Of a stretch of 24,000 nt of DNA, positions 1 to 10,840 are shown one piece after another. The position numbers and the translations under genes are program-made. The DNA comes from Cohaesibacter sp. ES.047 (GTDB lineage Bacteria; Pseudomonadota; Alphaproteobacteria; Rhizobiales; Cohaesibacteraceae), in NCBI RefSeq assembly GCF_900215505.1, contig NZ_LT907844.1, positions 4,673,078 through 4,697,077 on the forward strand, written 5' to 3'. The notes below the pieces were generated by a model. That model had not been told where the DNA came from, did not search any database, and saw only the letters and a list, made by a program, of their open reading frames with translations. Positions within the stretch are counted from its first letter, which is position 1. The number at the start of each line of letters is the position of its first letter.

Positions 1-1146
1 AATCGCACCCAGCACAGAAATACGGGTCAGGATCCGGTCGATATATTCAGCCGTCCTCTGGCCGGGTCTGATACCCGGAACGAAGCCGCCATGCTTCTTC
101 AGATTATCCGCGGTTTCCTGCGGATTGAACACAATAGCTGTGTAGAAGAAAACGAAGAAAACAATCAAGGCGGCATAAAGCATCATATACAGAGGTTGAC
201 CATGCCCCAGAAGCGCGGTGACGGTGTTAAGCCAATCAGGCCCCTGCCCGTTGCGCGATACGAAGTTCACAACGGTTGCCGGCAGCAACAGAAGCGAAGA
301 CGCAAAGATCGGAGGAATGACACCGGCAGTGTTCAGCTTCAGCGGCAGATGGGACGAATCCCCCTGGAACATCTTGTTGCCAACCTGACGCTTCGGATAC
401 TGGATGATCAGACGACGCTGTGCACGCTCCATGAAGACGATGAAGGCAATCACGATGATAGCCGTTGCAAGAACGCCCAGAATGATAGCGGTCGACAGCG
501 AGCCCTGACGGCCAAGCTCGAGCGTGTTGGCAACAGCCGAAGGAAGACCGGCAACAATACCAGAGAAGATGATCAGCGAAATGCCGTTCCCGATGCCACG
601 TGCGGTGATCTGCTCGCCAAGCCACATCATGAACATGGTGCCGCCAACCAGCGTCAAAACGGCGGAAAACCGGAAGAACATGCCCGGATCGGTGACAATG
701 TTGCCAGAGCCTTCAAGACCGACCGAAATGCCGTAGGCCTGCAGGGTGGCAAGAATAACCGTACCGTAGCGGGTATATTGGTTGATGACCTTGCGGCCAC
801 GCTCGCCTTCCTTCTTCAGCTGTTCGAGCTGTGGCGACACGGTCGTCATCAGCTGAATGATGATGGAGGCGGAAATGTAAGGCATGATCCCCAGAGCAAA
901 GATGGCCATACGGCCCACCGCACCACCGGAGAACATGTTGAACATGCCAAGAATGCCAGTCTGATGACTGTCAAAGGCCTGCGCAAGAGCTTCAGGATTG
1001 ATCCCTGGAAGCGGAATATAGGTACCAAGGCGATAAACCAACAAAGCACCCAGCGTAAACCAGATGCGTTTCTTGAGTTCTTCTGCCTTTGCAAAGGCGC
1101 CAAAATTTATATTGGCGGCGAGTTGTTCTGCTGCCGAAGCCATCAT
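1..1146 (-). CDS. secY: Preprotein translocase subunit SecY (partial; about 382 N-terminal codons, C-terminus beyond the window edge)
   Basis: It is absent from the ORF track, presumably because it has no in-window stop. My translation from ATG 1146 (or 1143) gives M(M)ASAAEQLAANINFGAFAKAEELKKRIWFTLGALLVYRLGTYIPLPGINPEA...FSGGAVGRMAIFALGIMPYISASIIIQLM. The same frame at 60..1 gives QRTAEYIDRILTRISVLGAI. Both are classic SecY motifs. GGAG lies 3-6 nt upstream of the start, and the gene follows rplO as in spc operons. Confidence 0.93.
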   Translation of the reverse strand, partial: MMASAAEQLAANINFGAFAKAEELKKRIWFTLGALLVYRLGTYIPLPGINPEALAQAFDSHQTGILGMFNMFSGGAVGRMAIFALGIMPYISASIIIQLMTTVSPQLEQLKKEGERGRKVINQYTRYGTVILATLQAYGISVGLEGSGNIVTDPGMFFRFSAVLTLVGGTMFMMWLGEQITARGIGNGISLIIFSGIVAGLPSAVANTLELGRQGSLSTAIILGVLATAIIVIAFIVFMERAQRRLIIQYPKRQVGNKMFQGDSSHLPLKLNTAGVIPPIFASSLLLLPATVVNFVSRNGQGPDWLNTVTALLGHGQPLYMMLYAALIVFFVFFYTAIVFNPQETADNLKKHGGFVPGIRPGQRTAEYIDRILTRISVLGAI

Positions 1147-1261
1147 CTACTCCGCTGATAGCGCGTGTTGAACTGGGAAAACCGGTTAAACAAATATAGG
1201 TGCGCTCAAACAAATGTATAGAGCGTGGCGGAAGAAGTCTCCTCCGCCATCGCCCTAAACG

Positions 1262-1289
1262 CAAAAAGGAGGGCTCATGTGAGCCCTCT
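1262..1289 (-). terminator. Stem-loop plus U-run directly after the rplO stop (candidate intrinsic terminator or attenuator ahead of secY)
   Basis: GAGGGCTCA (1269-1277) and TGAGCCCTC (1280-1288) form a perfect 9-bp inverted repeat. AAAAA at 1263-1267 on the plus strand becomes UUUUU following the hairpin on the minus-strand transcript. TTTTT on the other flank makes it look bidirectional. Confidence 0.5.
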
Positions 1290-1291
1290 TT

Positions 1292-1762
1292 TTATTCTTC
1301 TTCGCTGCCCAGGATCTTGACCGATCCGCCAGCTTTTTCGACCGTCGCAATCGCTGCCTTGGAAGCACCTTCGATTTCGAAGGATACTTTGGAGGTCAGC
1401 TCGCCATCGCTAAGCAAGCGAACACCATCCAGAACCCGGCGCAAGACGCCTGCTTCTTTCAGGGTGACAACGGTAACCGGTGCAGATGCATCCAGTTTAC
1501 CGGCGTCAATCGCCTGCTGGACGCGACCAACAGAGACGGTGTTGAAGTTTTTCGCAAAGATGTTGTTAAAGCCGCGTTTCGGAAGGCGACGATGCAGAGG
1601 CATCTGACCACCTTCAAAACCCTTGATGGCAACACCAGAGCGGGACTTCTGACCTTTGACACCACGTCCGCCGGTTTTACCCATGCCGGACCCGATGCCG
1701 CGACCAACGCGCTTGCGAGAATGCGTAGCGCCGTCGTTATCGCGAATTTCGTTGAGCTTCAT
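1292..1762 (-). CDS. rplO: 50S ribosomal protein L15
   Basis: 156-aa ORF with an ATG start. The sequence [12 protein letters not shown]...[24 protein letters not shown] is typical L15, and the position is syntenic. Confidence 0.96.
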   Translation of the reverse strand: MKLNEIRDNDGATHSRKRVGRGIGSGMGKTGGRGVKGQKSRSGVAIKGFEGGQMPLHRRLPKRGFNNIFAKNFNTVSVGRVQQAIDAGKLDASAPVTVVTLKEAGVLRRVLDGVRLLSDGELTSKVSFEIEGASKAAIATVEKAGGSVKILGSEEE

Positions 1763-1777
1763 AATACTCTCCCGCCT

Positions 1778-1975
1778 CTAGTCCTCGTCCACAACGCGGA
1801 CAAGGTGAGAGACTTTTGCGATCATGCCACGAACTTCAGGCGAGTCCTGAAGGGTGCGGCGGCGATGCAATTTGTTCAGGCCAAGGCCGACCAGCGTAGC
1901 ACGCTGGTCATGTGGCCGACGCAAAGGGCTGCCGATCTGTTCAACAGTTACGGTACCCTGTTCATTGTTAGCCAT
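1778..1975 (-). CDS. rpmD: 50S ribosomal protein L30
   Basis: 65-aa ORF with an ATG start ([28 protein letters not shown]). It lies between rpsE and rplO. Confidence 0.94.
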   Translation of the reverse strand: MANNEQGTVTVEQIGSPLRRPHDQRATLVGLGLNKLHRRRTLQDSPEVRGMIAKVSHLVRVVDED

Positions 1976-2019
1976 GTCCGGCTCCTCTTATCCTAGGGAT
2001 GCAAGCACATGCCAAAGCC

Positions 2020-2577
2020 TTAGACTTCGGCACGGCCTCCATCAGCAACACGACGACGAGCCTGGAGCGTGGAAACTTTGAGACCACGACGAGCAGCAAC
2101 ACCGCGAGGGCTGTCTTCTGCTTTCAGGGCATCAAAAGTTGCACGAACCATGTTGTAGGGGTTCGAGGTGCCAGTGGATTTGGCCACCACGTCCTGCACA
2201 CCCAGTGTTTCAAACACTGCACGCATTGGACCACCCGCGATAATACCGGTACCCGGAGGAGCGGCACGCAGGATGACTTTGCCAGCGCCGTGGCGACCGA
2301 ACACGTCATGATGCAGTGTGCGGCCCTCACGAAGAGGTACACGAACCATGTTTCGTTTAGCAGCGTCAGATGCCTTGCGGATGGCTTCTGGCACTTCACG
2401 TGCCTTGCCGTGACCAAAGCCAACACGGCCTTTCTGGTCACCGATAACCACAAGCGCAGCAAATCCGAACCGACGACCACCTTTAACCACTTTAGCAACG
2501 CGGTTGATGTGGACTAGGCGGTCGACGAACTCGCTCTCGCGCTCTTCACGATCATTACGATCAGGTTTCTTGTTCAT
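2020..2577 (-). CDS. rpsE: 30S ribosomal protein S5
   Basis: 185-aa ORF. The sequence [52 protein letters not shown] is the S5 signature. Confidence 0.96.
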   Translation of the reverse strand: MNKKPDRNDREERESEFVDRLVHINRVAKVVKGGRRFGFAALVVIGDQKGRVGFGHGKAREVPEAIRKASDAAKRNMVRVPLREGRTLHHDVFGRHGAGKVILRAAPPGTGIIAGGPMRAVFETLGVQDVVAKSTGTSNPYNMVRATFDALKAEDSPRGVAARRGLKVSTLQARRRVADGGRAEV

Positions 2578-2619
2578 GAGCTTTTCTTCTCTCGTCTGAG
2601 CAATCGGTTGCCCGACGCG

Positions 2620-2982
2620 TTAGAAATTCAATCCGCCTTCGCGCGCAGAATCTGCGAGCGACTTGATACGTCCGTGATAGATATATCCACCACGATCAAA
2701 GACCACGTCCTTCACGCCGGCTGCCACTGCCCGTTCGGCAATGAGCTTACCAACTTCTGAAGCGGCGGCTGTGTCCGCGCCGGTCTTAAGCTTACCACGA
2801 AGATCTTTTTCGATGGAGGAAGCGGCAACAATGGTTACACCCTTCACATCATCGATGATCTGCGCATAGATATGCTTGGAAGACCGGTTTACACTCAAAC
2901 GCGGACGGCCGTTGGCAGTCTTTTTCAGGGCGCGACGTACACGTGCACGACGACGCTCAAACTGAGATAGTGCCTTCGCCAT
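2620..2982 (-). CDS. rplR: 50S ribosomal protein L18
   Basis: 120-aa ORF ([12 protein letters not shown]...[19 protein letters not shown]...[28 protein letters not shown]). Confidence 0.96.
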   Translation of the reverse strand: MAKALSQFERRRARVRRALKKTANGRPRLSVNRSSKHIYAQIIDDVKGVTIVAASSIEKDLRGKLKTGADTAAASEVGKLIAERAVAAGVKDVVFDRGGYIYHGRIKSLADSAREGGLNF

Positions 2983-2994
2983 AATAGTTTTCCG

Positions 2995-3528
2995 TTACTT
3001 CTTCTTACCTTCCTTGCGGAAGATAAATTCATCACTGTATTTGACGCCTTTGCCTTTGTAGGGCTCTGGCGGACGATAATCGCGGATTTCTGCTGCGACC
3101 TGGCCTACGGCCTGCTTGTCGATACCGCTGACGACGATCTCGGTCGGCTTGGGACAAGCCACCGTTACGCCCTCAGGTACCTCATAAAGCACATCGTGGG
3201 AGAAACCAAGTGCCAGTGAAAGATCATTGCCTTTCATCTGGGCGCGGTAACCCACACCGTTGATGTCAAGTTTCTTTTCGAAACCTGCAGAAACACCACT
3301 CAGGATGTTGGAAATCTGGGTGCGGGACATGCCCCACAGAGACCGCGCAGTCTTGGACTTGTTGCGCGGCTCGACCAGAATCCCGTCATCCGTCATTTTA
3401 GCATTAACGTCGTCGCAGAGTACGAAGGTAAGTTCACCCTTCGGTCCCTTAGCTTTGACGGTCTTGCCATCAATCGTTGCAGTAACTCCCTCAGGGACTG
3501 CAACAGGCTTTTTGCCAATTCGTGACAT
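2995..3528 (-). CDS. rplF: 50S ribosomal protein L6
   Basis: 177-aa ORF ([33 protein letters not shown]...[11 protein letters not shown]). Confidence 0.96.
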   Translation of the reverse strand: MSRIGKKPVAVPEGVTATIDGKTVKAKGPKGELTFVLCDDVNAKMTDDGILVEPRNKSKTARSLWGMSRTQISNILSGVSAGFEKKLDINGVGYRAQMKGNDLSLALGFSHDVLYEVPEGVTVACPKPTEIVVSGIDKQAVGQVAAEIRDYRPPEPYKGKGVKYSDEFIFRKEGKKK

Positions 3529-3572
3529 AAGACTAACCTGTCCGGATCTGGAGGAATAAGATCAGTACCGCA

Positions 3573-3971
3573 TCAGAAGACGCGGCACAGGACCTCACCA
3601 CCTACGTTTTGCTCACGAGCATCATGATCGGCCATCACACCTTTAGGGGTGGAGACGATAGACACACCAAGACCATTCTGAATGCGCGGAATATTCTTCA
3701 CGGATGCATACACACGGCGACCTGGTTTGGACACACGCTGGATTTCACGGATCACCGGCTCTCCATCGAAGTATTTCAGCTCGATTTCGAGCTCGGACTT
3801 GCCGCCTTCGAATTCGACGGTGGTATAGCCGCGGATGTAACCCTCTGATGCCAGTACGTCAAGCACACGCTGACGCAATTTGGAGGCAGGAGTGGAAACT
3901 TTTACTTTGCTACGCATCTGCGCATTGCGGATGCGTGTTAGCATATCCCCAAGGGGATCAGTCATTGACAT
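3573..3971 (-). CDS. rpsH: 30S ribosomal protein S8
   Basis: 132-aa ORF ([16 protein letters not shown]...[33 protein letters not shown]). Confidence 0.96.
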   Translation of the reverse strand: MSMTDPLGDMLTRIRNAQMRSKVKVSTPASKLRQRVLDVLASEGYIRGYTTVEFEGGKSELEIELKYFDGEPVIREIQRVSKPGRRVYASVKNIPRIQNGLGVSIVSTPKGVMADHDAREQNVGGEVLCRVF

Positions 3972-3984
3972 TGCACCGCGCTCC

Positions 3985-4290
3985 TTACCAGCTCGACTTC
4001 ACCAGGCCAGGGATCTTACCCATGTTGCCCAGCTCACGAAGAGAAATACGGGACATCTTCAACTTGCGATAATAACCACGGGGACGACCCGTGACTTCGC
4101 AGCGGTTGCGGATGCGGACGGATGCGGAGTTGCGCGGAAGCTCGGCAAGCTTCAGGCGAGCCTTGAACCGCTCTTCAAGAGACAGAGACTCATCGTTCGC
4201 AAGTGCTTTCAGTTTCGCCCGCTTTGCAGCGTATTTCGAAACCAGGCGTTCGCGAGTCTTGTTCTTTTCAACAGAGCTCTTTTTAGCCAT
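3985..4290 (-). CDS. rpsN: 30S ribosomal protein S14 (long, single-Cys form)
   Basis: 101-aa ORF ([41 protein letters not shown]). Confidence 0.95.
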   Translation of the reverse strand: MAKKSSVEKNKTRERLVSKYAAKRAKLKALANDESLSLEERFKARLKLAELPRNSASVRIRNRCEVTGRPRGYYRKLKMSRISLRELGNMGKIPGLVKSSW

Positions 4291-4319
4291 TTCTATTTCC
4301 TCGTACTTTCCGCGGGACC

Positions 4320-4877
4320 TTATCGGCTGAACGGGAAGTTGAATTCACTCAGAAGAGCACGTGCTTCGTCATCGTCATTTGTGCTTGTGCACACGATGAT
4401 GTCCATGCCCCATACCTGATCAACTTTGTCATAATCGATCTCTGGGAAAACGATGTGCTCTTTAAGGCCCATGGCATAGTTGCCATTGCCGTCGAAGCTT
4501 TTCCCGTTAAGACCACGGAAGTCACGTACCCGAGGCAGTGCAATCGTGATCAGACGATCGAGGAATTCGTACATACGGTCGCCGCGCAACGTTACTTTCA
4601 CACCAATCGGCATGCCTTCGCGAACCTTGAAGGTTGCGATGGATTTACGCGCTTTCGTCACCACCGGCTTCTGACCGGCAATGGCTTCTAGGTCTTCCAA
4701 GGCAGATTTGATCTTCTTGGAATCAGCAACCGCTTCACCGACACCCATGTTCAGGACAACTTTTTCCAGTTTCGGCATCCGATGCGGATTAGAGAAACCG
4801 AATTTTTCCTGCATGTTGGCGCGGATCGTGTTTTCATACTGCGTCTTGAGACGCGGAGCGTAAGCAGCCTCAGCCAT
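4320..4877 (-). CDS. rplE: 50S ribosomal protein L5
   Basis: The ORF-track start at 4880 is a TTG. The next codon (4877) is ATG, preceded by AGGAG 9 nt upstream, giving [19 protein letters not shown]...[10 protein letters not shown]. It overlaps the rplX stop as ATGGCTGA. A start at 4880 is not excluded. Confidence 0.94.
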   Translation of the reverse strand: MAEAAYAPRLKTQYENTIRANMQEKFGFSNPHRMPKLEKVVLNMGVGEAVADSKKIKSALEDLEAIAGQKPVVTKARKSIATFKVREGMPIGVKVTLRGDRMYEFLDRLITIALPRVRDFRGLNGKSFDGNGNYAMGLKEHIVFPEIDYDKVDQVWGMDIIVCTSTNDDDEARALLSEFNFPFSR

Positions 4878-5187
4878 CAATCACATCTCCTGAACGCTTG
4901 GCCACACGCACCTTGGTGCCGTCTTCCTTGACTTCAAAACCAACGCGAGAAGGTTTGTTGTCTTTCGGATCGGCAATCGCCAGATTTGACAGATGGATCG
5001 GGGCTTCTTTGGTAACGATGCCGCCTTCCTGGGTCTGTGTCTGACGCTGGTGGCGTTTGACCAGGTTGATACCGCGCACGACTGCCCGCTGTTCAGCTGG
5101 CATGACTTGCACAATTTCACCGCTCTTGCCCTTGTCTTTGCCGGCAAGAACAATGACGCGATCACCCTTTTTGAGTTTCGCAGCCAT
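4870..5187 (-). CDS. rplX: 50S ribosomal protein L24
   Basis: 105-aa ORF ([25 protein letters not shown]). Its start overlaps the rplN stop as TAATG. Confidence 0.95.
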   Translation of the reverse strand: MAAKLKKGDRVIVLAGKDKGKSGEIVQVMPAEQRAVVRGINLVKRHQRQTQTQEGGIVTKEAPIHLSNLAIADPKDNKPSRVGFEVKEDGTKVRVAKRSGDVIDG

Positions 5188-5555
5188 TATAGCACCTCCG
5201 GAGCAAGGGAAATGATTTTCATATGGTTGTGCGCACGAAGCTCACGCGGAACCGGGCCGAAGATACGGGTCCCTACTGGCTCCTTGTTGTTGTTCACAAG
5301 AACAGCTGCACTGCGGTCAAAACGGATGACGCTGCCATCCGGACGACGAATAGCCTTTGCGGTACGAACCACAACTGCCTTCATCACGTCGCCCTTCTTG
5401 ACGCGTCCACGCGGAATAGCTTCCTTGACAGAAACGACAATGATGTCGCCAATGCCAGCATATTTCCGTTTGGAGCCGCCGAGCACTTTGATGCACATGA
5501 CACGACGTGCGCCGGAGTTATCCGCTACGTCAAGGTTTGTTTGCATCTGAATCAT
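5187..5555 (-). CDS. rplN: 50S ribosomal protein L14
   Basis: 122-aa ORF ([46 protein letters not shown]). Confidence 0.97.
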   Translation of the reverse strand: MIQMQTNLDVADNSGARRVMCIKVLGGSKRKYAGIGDIIVVSVKEAIPRGRVKKGDVMKAVVVRTAKAIRRPDGSVIRFDRSAAVLVNNNKEPVGTRIFGPVPRELRAHNHMKIISLAPEVL

Positions 5556-5626
5556 GACTGGCCGCCTTTATAATTTTTCCGTTGCGCATCGCTGCGCCGG
5601 ATTTACGTCCAATTTCACAAATCGGG

Positions 5627-5872
5627 TCAAGAGGAAGGAAGATCCTTGCCAACTACAACCCAACGTTTCGATTTCGAAATAGGGGCAGATTCCTCAATGA
5701 AGATCTGATCACCTATTTTGAAGGCATTACCCTCGTCGTGAGCCTGGTAACGCTTTGAACGACGCACAGTCTTCTTGAGAAGCGGGTGCGTGAAGCGGCG
5801 TTCGACTTTGACGACGACAGTCTTGTCTTGCTTGTCGCTGACGACGAGGCCTTGCAAAATTCTCTTTGGCAT
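5627..5872 (-). CDS. rpsQ: 30S ribosomal protein S17
   Basis: The ORF-track start at 5911 is a GTG inside rpmC. The ATG at 5872 is preceded by AGGAGAG about 5 nt upstream and gives the canonical [27 protein letters not shown] (81 aa). Confidence 0.94.
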   Translation of the reverse strand: MPKRILQGLVVSDKQDKTVVVKVERRFTHPLLKKTVRRSKRYQAHDEGNAFKIGDQIFIEESAPISKSKRWVVVGKDLPSS

Positions 5873-5882
5873 CCCGTCTCTC

Positions 5883-6083
5883 CTATTCTGCTGCCGATGC
5901 GCTGTTTGCACGAGCGATCGTCATCAGGCGTGCGATATCGCGGCGAACTTGCCGAACACGCACAGTATTTTCCAACTGACCAGTGGCCTGCTGAAAGCGC
6001 AGGTTAAGCTGCTCTTTCTTCAGTTTTTCCAGCTCATCAGCAATTTGGTCCGACGTCATCGCGCGGACATCTGATGCTTTCAT
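5883..6083 (-). CDS. rpmC: 50S ribosomal protein L29
   Basis: 66-aa ORF ([40 protein letters not shown]). Confidence 0.94.
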   Translation of the reverse strand: MKASDVRAMTSDQIADELEKLKKEQLNLRFQQATGQLENTVRVRQVRRDIARLMTIARANSASAAE

Positions 6084-6103
6084 GGGTCTTTCCCTTCACA
6101 CCG

Positions 6104-6517
6104 TTAGTCGGCGATGCGCTCTACGAAGCGTGTCTTGATTGGGAGCTTCGCAGCAGCAAGCCGCATGGCTTCGCGGGCGATATCGACCGGTACACCATCA
6201 ATTTCAAACATGATCCGGCCCGGAGCTACACGAGCGGCCCAATATTCAGGAGAACCTTTACCTTTACCCATACGGACTTCGGTAGGTTTCTTGGATACAG
6301 GCACATCCGGGAACACACGGATCCACACACGCCCGGCACGTTTCATGTGACGGGTCATAGCACGTCGCGCAGCTTCGATCTGACGAGCGGTGATGCGCGC
6401 AGGCTCCTGAGCCTTAAGACCGTAGGCACCAAAGGTCAGCTCGTAGCCGCCCTTTGCGTTGCCGTGAATGCGGCCTTTGTGCTGCTTGCGATATTTTGTG
6501 CGCTTAGGTTGCAGCAT
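6104..6517 (-). CDS. rplP: 50S ribosomal protein L16
   Basis: 137-aa ORF ([24 protein letters not shown]...[28 protein letters not shown]). Confidence 0.97.
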   Translation of the reverse strand: MLQPKRTKYRKQHKGRIHGNAKGGYELTFGAYGLKAQEPARITARQIEAARRAMTRHMKRAGRVWIRVFPDVPVSKKPTEVRMGKGKGSPEYWAARVAPGRIMFEIDGVPVDIAREAMRLAAAKLPIKTRFVERIAD

Positions 6518-6551
6518 TTTTTATCTCTCTTAACTCAGCTAGAGGCCAACA

Positions 6552-7277
6552 TTAAGCAGCAGGCTTGTTGCTACGACGACGCTGGTGGCTATTGTTATTG
6601 CCTGCATCCTGACCTTCAGAGGCGCGACGTTCAGAGGCCATTGGATCATGTTCCATGATCTCGCCTTTGTAGATCCACACCTTGATGCCGGAGATGCCGT
6701 AAGCAGTCAAAGCCTCAGCAGTACCGTAATCGATGTCGGCGCGCAGGGTATGAAGCGGCACGCGACCTTCACGGTACCATTCGGTCCGTGCGATCTCGGC
6801 GCCACCCAGACGGCCAGCACAGTTGATACGAATACCTTCAGCACCCATCCGCATAGCGGACTGGACGGCCCGTTTCATCGCACGGCGGAAAGCAACACGG
6901 CGTTCCAGCTGTTGAGCGATGGACTGGGCGACCAGGTTGGCATCGGTTTCCGGCTTGCGTACTTCAACAATGTTGATGTGTACGTCAGAGCTGGTCAGTT
7001 TGCCGACCTTGGCGCGAAGTTTCTCGATATCGGCACCTTTTTTACCGATCACGATGCCCGGACGAGCAGAGTGAATGGTAACGCGGCACTTTTTGTGCGG
7101 GCGCTCGATAACAATCTTGGACACCGCTGCCTGCTTGAGTTCTTTCTCAAGCATGGAGCGAATTGCATAGTCTTCGTGCAGAAGGCTGCCATACTCGCCC
7201 TTGACCGCGTACCAGCGGGAATCCCAAGTGCGGTTGATGCCTAGACGAAGTCCGATTGGATTGACCTTGTGACCCAT
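6552..7277 (-). CDS. rpsC: 30S ribosomal protein S3 (with a basic/polar C-terminal tail)
   Basis: 241-aa ORF ([24 protein letters not shown]...[31 protein letters not shown]). Confidence 0.97.
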   Translation of the reverse strand: MGHKVNPIGLRLGINRTWDSRWYAVKGEYGSLLHEDYAIRSMLEKELKQAAVSKIVIERPHKKCRVTIHSARPGIVIGKKGADIEKLRAKVGKLTSSDVHINIVEVRKPETDANLVAQSIAQQLERRVAFRRAMKRAVQSAMRMGAEGIRINCAGRLGGAEIARTEWYREGRVPLHTLRADIDYGTAEALTAYGISGIKVWIYKGEIMEHDPMASERRASEGQDAGNNNSHQRRRSNKPAA

Positions 7278-7657
7278 CAGGCAGTCTCCTCAACTTCACG
7301 AACAACGATCGTCAGGTTGGAGAAAGGCTTGAGGATCTTGCCGACGCGACCGCGAGCCCGCGGCTGCCAGCGTTTCATCACAAGTGCCTTACCAACATAT
7401 GCTTCTGCTACAATCAGGCTGTCAACATCCAGTTCATGGTTGTTTTCAGCGTTGGCGATCGCAGATTCCAAACACTTTTTAACATCACGGGCAATGCGCT
7501 TGGAGGAGAACGACAGGTCGGCCAAAGCCGTATCTACCTTTTTCCCCCGGATCATTGCTGCGACAAGGTTCAGCTTCTGCGGAGACGTGCGAAGCATGCG
7601 GAGAACCGCTTGTGCTTCATTGTCTTTCAGGACGCGTGCGCGTTTTGCCTTACCCAT
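7277..7657 (-). CDS. rplV: 50S ribosomal protein L22
   Basis: 126-aa ORF ([43 protein letters not shown]). It has 1-nt overlaps with both neighbouring genes. Confidence 0.95.
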   Translation of the reverse strand: MGKAKRARVLKDNEAQAVLRMLRTSPQKLNLVAAMIRGKKVDTALADLSFSSKRIARDVKKCLESAIANAENNHELDVDSLIVAEAYVGKALVMKRWQPRARGRVGKILKPFSNLTIVVREVEETA

Positions 7658-7935
7658 TATTTCCTCTTAGCCTTTTTGTCGGCCCCGTGACCATAGTAGG
7701 TACGGGAGGGAGAAAATTCGCCGAACTTGTGACCGACCATCTCTTCCGAGACGAGAACCGGTACATGCTTCTGACCGTTATACACACCAAAGGTGAGACC
7801 GACGAAGTGCGGCAAGATCGTGGAGCGTCTGCTCCATGTCTTGATCACTTCGCTGCGACCAGAAGAGCGAACCTTGTCTGCCTTCTTCAGGAGGTATCCG
7901 TCAACAAACGGACCTTTCCAAACAGAACGTGCCAT
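7657..7935 (-). CDS. rpsS: 30S ribosomal protein S19
   Basis: 92-aa ORF ([18 protein letters not shown]...[38 protein letters not shown]). Confidence 0.97.
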   Translation of the reverse strand: MARSVWKGPFVDGYLLKKADKVRSSGRSEVIKTWSRRSTILPHFVGLTFGVYNGQKHVPVLVSEEMVGHKFGEFSPSRTYYGHGADKKAKRK

Positions 7936-7945
7936 CGGTTAACCC

Positions 7946-8782
<837 letters not shown>

Positions 8783-8807
8783 GACTTAAAGCCTATCCCC
8801 GTGTTGC

Positions 8808-9101
8808 TTAAAGACCAGTCGTGACGTCAATGGATTGGCCCTCTTCGAGGGTAACAATCGCTTTTTTGACATCAACCTGTTTGCCGACAATGCCTTTGAA
8901 GCGTTTAACCTTGCCCTTGCGGAGCAGAGTATTCACGCTTTTGACTTTGACGGAAAACAGGGCCTCAACGGCGGCCTTGATTTCTGTTTTGGTCGCATCC
9001 TTGGATACGTTGAAAACAACCTTGTCCTGTTCGGACTGAATGGTGGCTTTCTCGGTGATCACCGGGCTGCGGATGATATCGTAATGACGAAGGGTGGTCA
9101 T
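8808..9101 (-). CDS. rplW: 50S ribosomal protein L23
   Basis: 97-aa ORF ([14 protein letters not shown]...[22 protein letters not shown]). Its start overlaps the rplD stop as ATGA. Confidence 0.95.
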   Translation of the reverse strand: MTTLRHYDIIRSPVITEKATIQSEQDKVVFNVSKDATKTEIKAAVEALFSVKVKSVNTLLRKGKVKRFKGIVGKQVDVKKAIVTLEEGQSIDVTTGL

Positions 9102-9718
9102 TTGAACCGTTCCTCCAGAGCATCGACTGCGGCCTTGGTTAGCACCAGAGTATTGCGACGCAGAACATCAACAACGTTGATCCCCTGAACCGGCAACACA
9201 TCGATACCAACGATATTGCGGGCAGCTTTTGCGAAATTCTCATCAACTTCCTTGCCGGAAATAATGAGTGCATTTTCGATGCCCAGACCGGAGAACTGTT
9301 TCTTCACGGCTGCGGTCTTTGGTGCCTCTGCTTTCGCATCGTCCAGAATGATCAGATTGTCATTCTTGGCTTTGGTCGACAGGGCATGTTTGAGCGCAAG
9401 CGCACGAATTTTCTTTGGCAACTCGACGCCGTGATCCCGAAGGACCGGACCGAACGCACGACCACCACCACGGAACTGCGGAACTTTCTTGTTGCCGTGA
9501 CGGGCGCCACCAGAACCCTTCTGACGAAGGTATTTCTTGGTTGTGCCCGTGATTTCCGCACGGGTTTTGGTCTTGTGTGTGCCTGCCATTTTCTTCAACT
9601 GCTGGTAGCGAACCATGCGGGCAATAATGTCCGCGCGCGGCTCGAGACCGAACACATCGTCAGAAACGTCGATAGAACCGGCAGCTTTGCCATCGAGGGT
9701 TTTGATCTTGAGTTCCAT
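9098..9718 (-). CDS. rplD: 50S ribosomal protein L4
   Basis: 206-aa ORF ([27 protein letters not shown]). Confidence 0.96.
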   Translation of the reverse strand: MELKIKTLDGKAAGSIDVSDDVFGLEPRADIIARMVRYQQLKKMAGTHKTKTRAEITGTTKKYLRQKGSGGARHGNKKVPQFRGGGRAFGPVLRDHGVELPKKIRALALKHALSTKAKNDNLIILDDAKAEAPKTAAVKKQFSGLGIENALIISGKEVDENFAKAARNIVGIDVLPVQGINVVDVLRRNTLVLTKAAVDALEERFK

Positions 9719-9720
9719 TC

Positions 9721-10449
9721 TTATTCCCCCCCCTCAGCTGGAGCTTCAGCTGCAGGAGCTTCCGCGGCTGCAGCAGCAGCTCGGATTGCACCAGGAAGCG
9801 GAGCTTCTGCCGGACGTGCTCTTTTGACGGCATCCTTGATAAGGATCCAGCCGCCTTTGGAACCGGGAACAGCACCCTGAACCAGCACCAGACCACGATC
9901 GGCATCGGTCTTGACGACTTTCAGATTCTGCGTGGTTACGCGGGTAGACCCCATGTGACCTGCCATCTTCTTGCCTTTAAAGACCTTGCCTGGATCCTGA
10001 CACTGACCCGTCGAACCATGCGCACGGTGGGAAAGGGAGTTGCCGTGCGTTTCACGACCACCACCGAAGTTGTGGCGTTTCATGGCGCCGGCAAAGCCCT
10101 TACCAATTGACGTACCAACAACATCCACATGCTGTCCAGCTACATAGTGATCCGCAGTCAACTCGGCACCAATCTCGATGAGATTGTCTTCGCTGACACG
10201 AAACTCTGCAACTTTCCGTTTCGGTTCGACCTTTGCAACGGCGAAGTGGCCGCGCATTGGCTGAGTTACATTTTTGACTTTGGCTTTACCTACACCCAAC
10301 TGAAGTGCGGTATAGCCGTTTTTCTGTACAGTTCGCTGGGCGACTACCTGACAGTTCTCGATTTTGAGAACTGTCACCGGAACGTGCTCGCCGTCCTCGG
10401 TATAAATTCGGGTCATTCCCAACTTCTGTGCGATCACACCAGAACGCAT
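9721..10449 (-). CDS. rplC: 50S ribosomal protein L3 (with an Ala/Pro/Glu-rich C-terminal tail)
   Basis: The ORF-track start at 10512 is a TTG inside rpsJ. The ATG at 10449 gives the canonical [28 protein letters not shown] (242 aa), with GAGAGG upstream. Confidence 0.95.
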   Translation of the reverse strand: MRSGVIAQKLGMTRIYTEDGEHVPVTVLKIENCQVVAQRTVQKNGYTALQLGVGKAKVKNVTQPMRGHFAVAKVEPKRKVAEFRVSEDNLIEIGAELTADHYVAGQHVDVVGTSIGKGFAGAMKRHNFGGGRETHGNSLSHRAHGSTGQCQDPGKVFKGKKMAGHMGSTRVTTQNLKVVKTDADRGLVLVQGAVPGSKGGWILIKDAVKRARPAEAPLPGAIRAAAAAAEAPAAEAPAEGGE

Positions 10450-10471
10450 GGCTACTCTTGCCTCTCGCTCT

Positions 10472-10780
10472 TTAGAGCTTAATTTCAACGTCCACACCGG
10501 CCGCAAGGTCAAGCTTCATGAGGGCATCGACCGTCTGAGGGGTCGGATCGATGATATCGAGGAGACGCTTGTGCGTACGGATCTCGAACTGCTCACGGCT
10601 TTTCTTGTTGACATGCGGCGAACGGTTGACAGTGAACTTCTCAATGTGGGTCGGAAGGGGAACCGGACCACGAACATTAGCGCCTGTGCGCTTAGCCGTG
10701 GAAACAATTTCCTTCGCCGACGTATCGAGAATGCGATGGTCGAATGCCTTAAGGCGAATTCGAATATTCTGACCGTTCAT
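10472..10780 (-). CDS. rpsJ: 30S ribosomal protein S10
   Basis: 102-aa ORF ([39 protein letters not shown]...RTHKRLLDI). Confidence 0.97.
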   Translation of the reverse strand: MNGQNIRIRLKAFDHRILDTSAKEIVSTAKRTGANVRGPVPLPTHIEKFTVNRSPHVNKKSREQFEIRTHKRLLDIIDPTPQTVDALMKLDLAAGVDVEIKL

Positions 10781-10799
10781 ATTTTCAACCTCAAAGACT

Positions 10800-10829
10800 G
10801 GGGTGCCTCGGGCGTGCCCATGGCACCCC
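10800..10829 (-). promoter_or_regulatory. Intercistronic stem-loop between tuf and rpsJ (possible attenuator, processing site or S10-operon leader structure)
   Basis: GGGGTGCC (10800-10807) and GGCACCCC (10822-10829) form a perfect 8-bp inverted repeat. The loop contains a GGGCAC/GTGCC segment that can pair with either arm instead. On the minus strand only a weak AGUCUUU follows the hairpin. Confidence 0.4.
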
Positions 10830-10840
10830 TGCCCTAATGA

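Noticed and set aside
5556-5626. The 71-bp rpsQ-rplN gap (the S10/spc operon boundary in E. coli) contains a small GCGCA-(GCGA on the minus strand)-TGCGC hairpin at 5584-5597 and a TATAAT on the plus strand.
   Set aside because: The stem is only 5 bp with no U-run. The TATAAT is on the wrong strand, and I found no matching -35/-10 pair on the minus strand. This is insufficient to call a promoter or terminator.
10450-10512. N-terminal extensions in the ORF track for rplC (to 10512), rpsQ (to 5911) and rpoC (to 20560).
   Set aside because: The extended starts are TTG, GTG and GTG codons respectively. For rplC and rpsQ they lie inside the upstream gene, and for rpoC in the rpoB-rpoC spacer. Downstream ATGs with good Shine-Dalgarno sequences give the canonical family N-termini ([26 protein letters not shown]).
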